IMG/VR virus record: IMGVR_UViG_3300045971_000344
Location: 1 to 64,000 of that record
Direction: 5' to 3' (one strand)
Length of the DNA: 64,000 nt
Positions 20,201-29,443 of this stretch are shown here, one piece after another (position 1 is the stretch's first letter; each line of letters opens with the position of its first letter). Below the pieces are notes generated by a model. The model was given only the letters and a program-made list of their open reading frames with translations, was not told the DNA's origin and did not search any database. The position numbers were made by a program, and so were the translations under genes.

Positions 20201-21682
20201 ATGTCTTATAGTTTTGTGCCAGCAGCAATAGATTCTTTCGATGCTCGAGGAATGACCTTGTACGTTAAGTATACTAAGTCAAAGTCAAATAACGTCTTTA
20301 TTAAAGAGGACAACCCTAGATACACTTGGTTTATTTGCCCTGACCGAGAGCTCTTAATAGTTAAGAATACAGCACAAGAGTATCACCCTGCAGGTGAAAA
20401 CTTTGATGAGGCTATAAATCTAGATGTTTATGATGATAGAGTCTTACAAGAACTGGGCACCGATATCTATATGCTAAATAGTGGTGCCTTTGGAGACAAC
20501 CCAGAGAGGAGTCCGAGGCTTAGGCGTAATGGAAGAAATCCAAAGTTGGTCCAACCACATATTTTAGCAGACTCCGGAGGATTTCAGATTTTATCCGGGC
20601 GAACGGACTACATTGACCCTATAAAAGTAGTAGAATGGTATAACGAAAATACCGACTGGGGAATGGTATTGGACGTTCCACCAATTGTTTCTGATTGGGA
20701 CAACGTTAAACGCGGTGCTCGTATCCAGGCAAAAAATACTGAAATAATGTTTAAGCACAAAACTAAAGAGCTTGAACTTGTAAATGTTATCCAAGGATTT
20801 GACTCTAAGCAACGTGCCGCATTTTTAGACATGGTTGACCACCCGGAAATAAATAGGCTCGCTATAGCCGGCTCTTATAGGATTGAAAATCTTGTAGAGC
20901 GAATAACTGATATACTTAAGATTATTCACCTTGATAGAAAATTCAAGCATTACCATATTCTTGGTATCTATAGTTTGACCACGCTTTTACCTTTGATTCA
21001 GATCTCTAATTTGTCTACAGTAAATGCGCTTATAACTTCGGACGCAAGTACTCCCTTACAAAGTGCAGTTAATAAATTTTATCATCACCAACAAAGTATT
21101 TTTTCCCCAGAAAGGCGGCTACCTATTGGGCATAAAGATATCGTCTATAACTCACGTCTATATCTTCCCTGTCATTGCCCAGTATGTAGTGCAGTTAAAT
21201 ACCAGAATATTTTTAGTTTCGTAGATACTGGAGTTATAACGGCTCTTTTAACTTTGCACAACCTTTATGAGATTAATCGCTATACATCTATGATGAATGA
21301 GTTATCTCAAACAATAAGCTATAAAGAATATAGATCTATAACTCGGCATCAACTAGGCGGTCGAGCTCCGGCCACACTTCAAGCTCTGGATCTTATCCAT
21401 GAGTATTCAAAAGATCCAGATAAAGCGTTTAAGATCTATTCAGCTATAAATACAGGCTCTATGTTATTCAAGCCCTCACCTTTATACAAAGATATTTCTG
21501 ATACACCAATAGCGTTATTGGTAAAAGGTAATGGAGGAATTGAGAGAAAAGAAGAGACTGCGGAAGAAATGGTCGAACGCCAAAAGAGAGTATTACATAA
21601 CTACGAATCACGTTATAAAATAAAACCCAAGGATAACACAAAGAAAAAGAAAAAGAAGAAAAAATCTAAGGTAAAAGGATGA
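20201..21682 (+). CDS. Guanine transglycosylase (TGT/DpdA-like)
   Basis: ADSGGFQ, VLDVPP, VIQG, HILGI, SDAS, Zn site CHCPVC...HNL. Confidence 0.85.
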   Translation: MSYSFVPAAIDSFDARGMTLYVKYTKSKSNNVFIKEDNPRYTWFICPDRELLIVKNTAQEYHPAGENFDEAINLDVYDDRVLQELGTDIYMLNSGAFGDNPERSPRLRRNGRNPKLVQPHILADSGGFQILSGRTDYIDPIKVVEWYNENTDWGMVLDVPPIVSDWDNVKRGARIQAKNTEIMFKHKTKELELVNVIQGFDSKQRAAFLDMVDHPEINRLAIAGSYRIENLVERITDILKIIHLDRKFKHYHILGIYSLTTLLPLIQISNLSTVNALITSDASTPLQSAVNKFYHHQQSIFSPERRLPIGHKDIVYNSRLYLPCHCPVCSAVKYQNIFSFVDTGVITALLTLHNLYEINRYTSMMNELSQTISYKEYRSITRHQLGGRAPATLQALDLIHEYSKDPDKAFKIYSAINTGSMLFKPSPLYKDISDTPIALLVKGNGGIERKEETAEEMVERQKRVLHNYESRYKIKPKDNTKKKKKKKKSKVKG

Positions 21683-23298
21683 CCCGTATGGCTCCAAAAA
21701 CTGTTGCTAAAAAAGAAATGTCTAAACAAGACATCGTTAAAGAGAAACTTAAAAAAGTAAAAGATAAAAAGAGTAAGAAGGAAGAAGTACCTGTTGAGGA
21801 TAACAAGAAAAGCAAGAAAAAGAGTAAGGGTGATGAAGCTGTGGACGAACTTGTTGAGATCAAGAAGGGTAAGAAAAAGGCAGTAAAGGTTGTGGATGCA
21901 ATAAAAGAAAAGAAAAGTAAGAAGGAAGAAGCAAAGGCAATTTTGAACTGCGCGGTAGACTATGGTGACGTCATGGATGGTATCGAGAAAAAGTACGATA
22001 CTGGAAGTAGTCAGCTAACATCTGATCCTCGTGCTAAATTAAGCATCGGCCTGCTTTCTTTAGACCTTCTTCTTAATGGGGGAGTTTTAGGTGGGGGTTG
22101 GTATACCTTTTTCGGGCAAGAGCAATCAGCAAAATCCACCCTTGCAATGCTAACCTTAGTTTCTGCCTTAAATACCGATGTACCTTTGCTTGGATACTAT
22201 GATTACGAAGGCAGTTCTAGTTATGACTACATCTCAAATATAATGAAAAGCATGAATGTAAAAGGAAACATAGAAAATATTTTTGGCTTAAGAGATGATG
22301 AAGGACATTGGTTGATAAAGCCCAGAGTGCGTTACTATCAGCCAAGTACAGCCGAAGCATTTTTCGATTCAGTAGCTAAATTGCTTAGAGCACTACCGGA
22401 TATAAAGATGATAGGCGATAAGCAGTACTATGTTTATCCAGATGAGAAGACTGTTAGAGCTAAGATAAAAACCTGGGATGAAAAACTTCTTAAAAAGACA
22501 GGTCAGCTATATGTTGAGACATCCAGTTATATAAAGCACCAAGCAATCTTTGTAGTTGACTCTTATCCTGCGATGCTTCCTGAGAAGCAAGACGAAGATG
22601 ATCCAGGTTCAGCAATGGCTGTCCAGGCGCGTATGTTCAGTGAACAAATCAAGCGCATAAAGGCCCGCCTTAAGCCAAAGAAAGTTACTATCATTGGTAT
22701 TAACCAGATCCGTTTGAAGCCCGCAGTTATTTATGGTTCGCCTGAGTATGAACCTTGTGGTGAAGCTTTAAAGCTATTCAGTGATGCTCGTATTCGCTGT
22801 GCCTCTAGATCTATACCGCATGGTAAGGGAGCTATTGAAGAAGAACCTAGTGCAACAGGTGAAGGTATTGACACTTATCGCTATGTTGCATGGCGTACGC
22901 AGAAAAATAAATTGGGAGGAATTCCTAATTCAGAAGCCTGGGGCCGTATCTGGGTTTCAAATAACGAAGGTCAAGGTTGTGGTTTCTGTCCGGTTTTTGA
23001 CGTTTACGAATTTTTAAAAATGACGGGCCAAATAAGTGGTTCCAGAAATAAACTTGTGCTTACTATCCCCCAGTTTAAAGGGTTGAAGGCTAAGTTAAGT
23101 TGGATGCAATTCAAGGTCCTTGTTATCGGTAAGAAAGAGCAGGTTGAAAAGGTATACAAACAGATTGGGTATAAAGATAAATACTTTAACCTACGAAAAG
23201 AGTGCTTTAAACAGTTTGAAAAGGGTGTTGCTACTAAAATGTATTTGGACAAGAAAGTGAAGAACGTAGATGCTAAGGGAGACGAAGATGAGGATTGA
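21679..23298 (+). CDS. RecA/UvsX-like recombinase with Lys-rich N-terminal extension
   Basis: SIGLLSLDLLLNGG, GQEQSAKST, VVDS, INQIRLK..YGSPEYEPCGEALK. Confidence 0.85.
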   Translation: MTRMAPKTVAKKEMSKQDIVKEKLKKVKDKKSKKEEVPVEDNKKSKKKSKGDEAVDELVEIKKGKKKAVKVVDAIKEKKSKKEEAKAILNCAVDYGDVMDGIEKKYDTGSSQLTSDPRAKLSIGLLSLDLLLNGGVLGGGWYTFFGQEQSAKSTLAMLTLVSALNTDVPLLGYYDYEGSSSYDYISNIMKSMNVKGNIENIFGLRDDEGHWLIKPRVRYYQPSTAEAFFDSVAKLLRALPDIKMIGDKQYYVYPDEKTVRAKIKTWDEKLLKKTGQLYVETSSYIKHQAIFVVDSYPAMLPEKQDEDDPGSAMAVQARMFSEQIKRIKARLKPKKVTIIGINQIRLKPAVIYGSPEYEPCGEALKLFSDARIRCASRSIPHGKGAIEEEPSATGEGIDTYRYVAWRTQKNKLGGIPNSEAWGRIWVSNNEGQGCGFCPVFDVYEFLKMTGQISGSRNKLVLTIPQFKGLKAKLSWMQFKVLVIGKKEQVEKVYKQIGYKDKYFNLRKECFKQFEKGVATKMYLDKKVKNVDAKGDEDED

Positions 23299-23334
23299 TA
23301 CCCTCACTATAACAACAGCTAAAAGGAGAGAAAG

Positions 23335-24037
23335 ATGAGTGAGATCGTGAATGAAGGTAAGAGTGTAATGTTTGTAGATAAAAAGGTGTGCTTGATTTGT
23401 ACCCACTTGGTAGGGGCTGAACTGGGTAAGAAGACTAAGTCTTGTACTGCCAAGAAAGGTAATACTAAATGCCCTGCACAGTATTACACAATCGAGATTG
23501 GTTTTGACGTAAACCAAATCCTAAGTGACTTCTACAATGCTCTAGCAGTAGGTGACGTAGCTCAAATGATGAAGATACTGGCTGAAGCACAGACCAATCC
23601 AAAGGTTGAGGCAACTATTGTCCAGGATCTAAAGGATCGTTTGTTTGAACCTACTTCCCCTTCAGAAGCCGCTGTTGAAGCTCTTGTAGTAGACTCTTCA
23701 GCTGAAGAGGATGAAGATGAGGATGAGGATGTAGACTAATCTAGTTTAACCTTAGATTACTGTTAATAACTTATGGCTCTGGCTCAGTTTGTCAGAGCCA
23801 TAATCTTATCTTACGTAAGGAGAAATACATTCTATGACTCGAACAGTAGAAATCTTTATAGATGGGTTATGGCAACCTATTACAATTGATCTTATAGTTA
23901 AGGGAGACCGCTTTAGACTAATTGAACCTGATGGATCATTTGTTACAGATGAAGAAGGAAACTCAGAGTGGGTGGCAAAAGCAGATAGCTTTTATAGTGA
24001 AATTTATAAAGATCATATAGTAGAAATAGAGGTGTAG
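23335..24037 (+). other. Two hypothetical CDS (23335..23739, 23834..24037) separated by an 11-bp hairpin (23771-23803)
   Basis: ORFs with RBS; TTATGGCTCTG/CAGAGCCATAA inverted repeat. Confidence 0.6.
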
Positions 24038-24039
24038 AC

Positions 24040-25080
24040 GTGAAGACAAGCCTTGAATGGGTTTTTACTTCTGACTTTCATTTGGGGAAATTGAAGAAAT
24101 TATTTCCCGAGGACCATATTAACTTAGTTATGACTGAAGTAAGAAAACCTTTTGAATATGCTGTAAAGAACGGTGTCAGTACAGTAATACTTGGTGGGGA
24201 CTTGTTTGACGTTCCTACTCTTGACCATCGCTATAGTCGTGCAATGATAAAGGTCTTACTGGAATTTAGTAACCTAGAGGTTTATATTTTATTGGGTAAT
24301 CATGACTATGAGGACACTGATAGTAACAGTTTGCACCTTATAACGCTCTGTGTTGAGCTGAATATATTACCCAAGATAAAAGTTATAACTGAGAAAACAT
24401 ATCTCACCATTGAAGGCCTACCTTTCTATTTTCTACCTTTCCCTTATGTTAAGTTCAGTAAAAAGTGTGCCGTAAATATCGCACATCTTGAGCCTTCGGG
24501 CGCGCGTAGGGACAATGGTATGCTTATAAAGGGAGGATACTCGATAGACAAGAATGAGGCCTTCATCGGGCATATTCATAAAAAACAGAGTATAGGTAAG
24601 ATGCATCTTTGTGGGGCCCTTTATCAGACAAACTTCGGTGAAGATAGTATGAAGGGCTGGTATCACGTTGAGACTACTTATGATAAGAAAAAAGAACGGA
24701 CAAAAAGTAAGATCAAATTTGTAAAGAATATTTGTGGGTTTGAACTTGTAAATCTTGAAATAAACGTAACTGATGATTTTGATAAAATAGAGAACAACCC
24801 ACGAATTTTATATAAACTACGTCTTGCTGACGGAGTTGAACTGCCTAAGAAATTGATGCTTAAATATCCAAATATTGTCCAGATGGTAGGCTTCAAAGGT
24901 GGCGAAGAGCGTGCTATCTTTGATAAACAACTTCCACCGGAAATGTTTGATGGGTCGGCCGAACTTGATATAGCCACGGATCCTTTATTTGGACTCTTGT
25001 CGTTCTTAAAGAACGAAGGTCTAGATAAGAAACAGCGAAAGAGAGCAATAGAATTAATAGAAGTCTATCTAAAGCAATAA
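24040..25080 (+). CDS. SbcD/Mre11 (gp47)-like metallophosphoesterase nuclease
   Basis: SDFHLG, GGDLFD, GNHD, GHIH. Confidence 0.9.
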   Translation: MKTSLEWVFTSDFHLGKLKKLFPEDHINLVMTEVRKPFEYAVKNGVSTVILGGDLFDVPTLDHRYSRAMIKVLLEFSNLEVYILLGNHDYEDTDSNSLHLITLCVELNILPKIKVITEKTYLTIEGLPFYFLPFPYVKFSKKCAVNIAHLEPSGARRDNGMLIKGGYSIDKNEAFIGHIHKKQSIGKMHLCGALYQTNFGEDSMKGWYHVETTYDKKKERTKSKIKFVKNICGFELVNLEINVTDDFDKIENNPRILYKLRLADGVELPKKLMLKYPNIVQMVGFKGGEERAIFDKQLPPEMFDGSAELDIATDPLFGLLSFLKNEGLDKKQRKRAIELIEVYLKQ

Positions 25081-25088
25081 CTGTAAAT
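25079..25088 (+). promoter_or_regulatory. AACTGTAAAT motif copy
   Basis: Overlaps upstream stop codon and precedes the RBS of 25107. Confidence 0.5.
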
Positions 25089-25106
25089 AAGAAAGGACGA
25101 CCTTTT

Positions 25107-25877
25107 ATGACAATGGTATCTTACGTTCCTTTTGGAACAGCAATGAAACATGGTAAATACACTGAGCATATAAACGGTGTTTTGTACTATGCAGATAGAT
25201 ATATTATTTTAGGTGAAGACCATTCCTCAAAGGTAATGATTTCAAAGTATAGTGCTTCGCACTTACTGCGTTATCTAGAGTTGATAAAATTTCTAGCTGT
25301 ATCTTTTGGTATTTATTTTGAGGGAGCTGAGGCTAAACCACCTCCTCAAGGTGGGGTCTTACCTTTTATTACTAAGCATAAGTTAAAAGGTAAATGGCAC
25401 TCTTGGGAACCCGAAGGCTCAATTAAACAAACAAAACAAGAACACCTTTTGCTTATGACCCTAGGTTGTTGCTTTGAGGAATATTGTACTCTATTAGAGG
25501 CACCTGGTGGAAATAAAGTACTTCAAATGAGCGTAATAGAAAGGTTCTCTGAAAAAAGTAGTAAGTGGATGAAGAGAAACGTACCTATTAAAGAATACGT
25601 GAACTTAATAAACTTAAGTAACGATAAAGAGCTAATAAGATTAGCAAATGAGCCTTTTAGTAAGAAAAATCTTCAGTGGTTTAACGAGTACGGAATGTGC
25701 GTGGCTTTTAACGATGACGGATTACATGGTAACAATTCGTTGTATAAAATTCAGGAAAGTATAAACACTAAACGAGGACACCATCTTAGGGACTTTGCTA
25801 AGAAACATGGAGGAGTGTACTTTGTAGGTGCATCTCATATAGAAGTAGAATACCTAAGAAAATACGGAATGCTATAA
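25107..25877 (+). CDS. Hypothetical protein, weak TraB/TIKI-like metalloprotease motifs
   Basis: ILGEDH, YFEGAE, VYFVGASHI. Confidence 0.4.
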   Translation: MTMVSYVPFGTAMKHGKYTEHINGVLYYADRYIILGEDHSSKVMISKYSASHLLRYLELIKFLAVSFGIYFEGAEAKPPPQGGVLPFITKHKLKGKWHSWEPEGSIKQTKQEHLLLMTLGCCFEEYCTLLEAPGGNKVLQMSVIERFSEKSSKWMKRNVPIKEYVNLINLSNDKELIRLANEPFSKKNLQWFNEYGMCVAFNDDGLHGNNSLYKIQESINTKRGHHLRDFAKKHGGVYFVGASHIEVEYLRKYGML

Positions 25878-25900
25878 ACGCTCCAAGGAGGAATATACCA

Positions 25901-27076
25901 ATGGCAAAAGAGAAAGACTCTAAAAAGACTAAAGAGAAAGAAGAGCCAAAAGCCGAGCTAGTTATAAGTGAGAGCCTGGCCGTTAAATACCGTCCGCAGT
26001 CATTCAGAGATGTTGTAGGTCAATCTAAAATACTGACCCAATTGAAAGGTGCCATAAAGTCAAAAAAGATTCCTTCAACAATCCTCTTTCACGGACCCGC
26101 AGGTTGTGGTAAGACCACATTGGCTCGGTTGTTTGCCATGTACTTAAATTGTGCTACAAATAACCTTTGTGGTACCTGTCCAAGTTGTATGCAAGGGATT
26201 GACAGTCATCAAGATATAACAGAAATAAATATGGCTTCAGCTACAGGTAAGGCCGAGGCAGAGAACTTAGTAAAGATGGCGAAATATAGCCCACGTTTTA
26301 AGATCAGGGTCTTTATTTTGGACGAGTATCACCAGGTTTCGGCAGCCGCAGAACAGACCTTCCTTAAACCTTTGGAAGAGCCTCCTCCAAATACTATCTG
26401 GATTCTTTGTACGACAAATCCCGAAAAGTTTAAAACTGCTACACTTACACGCTGTCTAAAATTACAGGTTACTACCCCTTCCCCAGAAGAGCTTTGTGAA
26501 AGACTGATGCAGATTTCTTCAAAAGAAGGACTAGATTTATCTGATAAAAGAGGTAAGAGTCTTTGCATGACTATTGCTAATTACTCTAACGGTCATGTTA
26601 GGGATGCAATATCCATATTGGAATCTGTACTATTATCTCACGCAGGATCAAAGAAATCAGATTTAGCCAAAGTTGTAGAAGACTTTGCCGCAACATTAGA
26701 ATCAACAACTGAAAAGGCCGCGGCCCGTTGTATGGTTGCGTACTTAAAGAAAAATTTGAAGACAATTTGTATCCAGTCCTCTCAAGTTTCTGATAGCCGT
26801 CAGCTTCTGTCTGCACTTAGATGGCTTTGCATGACTATTTTGGATGACTACGCAGGTACAATAAAATGGAAGACCTATGCTTTTGATGATTTTAAGTCAA
26901 TGATTAAAGCCGCTGAGATCAAATATGATTTCAAAGCCATTGTACCATCTGTTATAGAACTTCTTACGGTTTTGAATGAAATAGAGACCAAGATGTATCT
27001 GACAAATATTGATATCCGAGTTTTGTTTACTACGGGAATGTGTAACCATATAATGGAGCTGAAACAAAGGGATTAA
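25901..27076 (+). CDS. dnaX: DNA polymerase III gamma/tau-like clamp-loader ATPase
   Basis: KYRPQSFRDVVGQ, GPAGCGKTT, CGTCPSC, LDEYH, LKPLEEPP, SNGHVRDA. Confidence 0.88.
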   Translation: MAKEKDSKKTKEKEEPKAELVISESLAVKYRPQSFRDVVGQSKILTQLKGAIKSKKIPSTILFHGPAGCGKTTLARLFAMYLNCATNNLCGTCPSCMQGIDSHQDITEINMASATGKAEAENLVKMAKYSPRFKIRVFILDEYHQVSAAAEQTFLKPLEEPPPNTIWILCTTNPEKFKTATLTRCLKLQVTTPSPEELCERLMQISSKEGLDLSDKRGKSLCMTIANYSNGHVRDAISILESVLLSHAGSKKSDLAKVVEDFAATLESTTEKAAARCMVAYLKKNLKTICIQSSQVSDSRQLLSALRWLCMTILDDYAGTIKWKTYAFDDFKSMIKAAEIKYDFKAIVPSVIELLTVLNEIETKMYLTNIDIRVLFTTGMCNHIMELKQRD

Positions 27077-27082
27077 TTAACT

Positions 27083-29443
27083 ATGCGAATCCTGAAAAGC
27101 ATTGAGCTCGATAATATTCTTTATTATAAAAAAGCAAAGTTTATTTTTAAGCCCGGAATAACAGTTGTAAGAGGCCTAAATAAGAACTCAAAGGATATTG
27201 AGAAAAATACAAATGGTGTAGGAAAATCACTATTGTTTTCTTGTATACCCAATGTTAGATTTGCAACTACACCTTTGGCAAAAAAGAATGATAAGAAGTC
27301 GCTGTTTAGTAATACCAAAGGTACATCTGAGATACGTCTGACGTTTAAGGACCAGGTTAATACTTGGACATTGATCCAGCGTTCAAGAAAGACCACTGTT
27401 GCCTATGATATTCTTAAGAACAAAGAGTCTATACATCCTAGAACTGTACCTATTGCAGAATCAAAGATAAAAGAGCTTTTTGGAAATGTTTCTGAAGAGC
27501 TATTTTATACTTTGGAATACATAAGTATTCAGCGCCCTCACGTATTCTTAAGAGGTACCGCTACGCAAAGACAGGAATTTTTTACCGAGGTCTTCAATTT
27601 AGATCATTATGATAAATTGAAGGCAAACTTTTTGTCTCAAATACGAGAGTTGAAAGTTAAGAAAGTAAAGATTGATGTACTGAAAGAACAACTTGTAGAG
27701 AGCATAAATCGTCTAAAGGTAATTGACTGGGACATAAGTAAAGAAAAAAGAATAAATGAACTTGAAACTATCCTACAGACTACCAATGCGGATTATGTTT
27801 CACATATCGCGACCGTTACAAAGTTGCAGTCTGAGTTGCATCTTTCGATGACCATTTCTAAAAAGAAAAAGAAGGCGAGTACAGAGAATACAATAGCTGA
27901 ACTTAAGGTTAAGGTCAAGAAGCTTAAAACGTTAATTTCAGCTGTTAAGGACTATGCTGAGTATAAGCGTGCAAAGAAGAAATACGAGAAAGATACTGCA
28001 TCACTACAGGATCGTCTGGATGAATTAACTTCACAGTTAAAGGAATTAAAACATGATGGCTCTGATGAATACTCAGTCAAAGACATTAAGCTCAAGCTTG
28101 AAAAGCTTAACGCTAGAAGAGCTAGTGAGGAATCAAGAGTCGAGAGCATCATTTCTCTCCGCAATAAGTATACCACCATTGAAGAGTCTCTGCCTGAAAA
28201 GCACCCAAAGTTATCGTTGGAGCAGCTTGGAACAAGAATCGGAGAACTTGAGCAAATCATCGAGCTTCACGGAGCAGTTGGAACAATCTCAAAGAACTGT
28301 CCTTTATGCGGATCAGTCATCGAAAAGTCTGTTTTCGGACGAATTGCAGGTGACGCTGAAGATGAATTGCCAAGAAGAAAGAAAGAACTTAAGACTGCAC
28401 AGGGCTATGCTAAGCTCAAAGAGATCCAAAAAGAGGCTAAGGAATATAAAGGTTGTGAAGACGCTCTTGCAGATCTTGAAGCTAAAATCAAGGTCCTGGA
28501 GAGTAAGAAATCACTGGTCGAGAGATCCAGTAGGTTACAAGCTAGTATTGAAGACGTTACAGCTTCTCTTAAACAAATCCGCAAGCCAAGGTCTGTTGAC
28601 AACCCAGGAACAGACAAAGATGAAGGGGCTCTCGAGTCGGAACTATGTGTCGTTAATGAATCTATTGTCCTCTTAGAGGAGATTGAAGAGTTGAAGGCTG
28701 AACAGGTCCGTAATTTTGGTACAACCACCACTAGAGCGGTTTCTGAAATAGAGAAAGAAATAGCTAAACGTAGTAAAGAACAAAAGAAACTGTCTAAGAA
28801 CATAAATAAAATAAATGAAGAACTACCTTCGTTACTTTCGTACCAAAAACAGTACGTAGATGGAACAAGCATAAAGACTAATCTAGAATCTAAGATTGAA
28901 AAGCTAGAGCGTGATCTTTCTGATCTGCCTGTACTTGAGGCTCTTGTTAAGGCATACGGATCAAAAGGTCTTAAAGTAGACGTAATGCGGCACATAGGTA
29001 CAATTGTTGAGGCAAATCTTAATAAGTACCGAGAGCTTTTATTTGCCGAGCCTTTTGTTTTTAGTATAAAGATAGAAGAATCATCCTTTGAGGTTATAGT
29101 TGACCGAGGAAACGGTTTAATCTCTGATGTAAGCAAGCTAAGTGGTGCCGAAGGTGCAGCGTTTATCTTATTGCTCTTGTTGTCTATGCTGCCCTTGATT
29201 CCTAGAAAGCTCAGGTCCGATACTATTATCTTAGATGAGTGTGATGCTTATCTTGGACCTCCTTTGAAAGCAATGTACTTTAATAGTTTTCTTCCTGTTT
29301 TAAGTACAGTGGTACCAAAAGTGGTAGTTATAACCACTGCTGGGTCTAACCTGAAGATCGAAGGTGCACGGAACATTCTGATTGAAAAAGATGGCGATAC
29401 TACCGAAATAAAAGAGCTGTATTCCTTAGAAGGAATAATCTAA
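27083..29443 (+). CDS. SbcC/Rad50 (gp46)-like SMC ATPase
   Basis: NGVGKS, coiled coil, CPLCG zinc hook, LSGAE, IILDE. Confidence 0.9.
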   Translation: MRILKSIELDNILYYKKAKFIFKPGITVVRGLNKNSKDIEKNTNGVGKSLLFSCIPNVRFATTPLAKKNDKKSLFSNTKGTSEIRLTFKDQVNTWTLIQRSRKTTVAYDILKNKESIHPRTVPIAESKIKELFGNVSEELFYTLEYISIQRPHVFLRGTATQRQEFFTEVFNLDHYDKLKANFLSQIRELKVKKVKIDVLKEQLVESINRLKVIDWDISKEKRINELETILQTTNADYVSHIATVTKLQSELHLSMTISKKKKKASTENTIAELKVKVKKLKTLISAVKDYAEYKRAKKKYEKDTASLQDRLDELTSQLKELKHDGSDEYSVKDIKLKLEKLNARRASEESRVESIISLRNKYTTIEESLPEKHPKLSLEQLGTRIGELEQIIELHGAVGTISKNCPLCGSVIEKSVFGRIAGDAEDELPRRKKELKTAQGYAKLKEIQKEAKEYKGCEDALADLEAKIKVLESKKSLVERSSRLQASIEDVTASLKQIRKPRSVDNPGTDKDEGALESELCVVNESIVLLEEIEELKAEQVRNFGTTTTRAVSEIEKEIAKRSKEQKKLSKNINKINEELPSLLSYQKQYVDGTSIKTNLESKIEKLERDLSDLPVLEALVKAYGSKGLKVDVMRHIGTIVEANLNKYRELLFAEPFVFSIKIEESSFEVIVDRGNGLISDVSKLSGAEGAAFILLLLLSMLPLIPRKLRSDTIILDECDAYLGPPLKAMYFNSFLPVLSTVVPKVVVITTAGSNLKIEGARNILIEKDGDTTEIKELYSLEGII

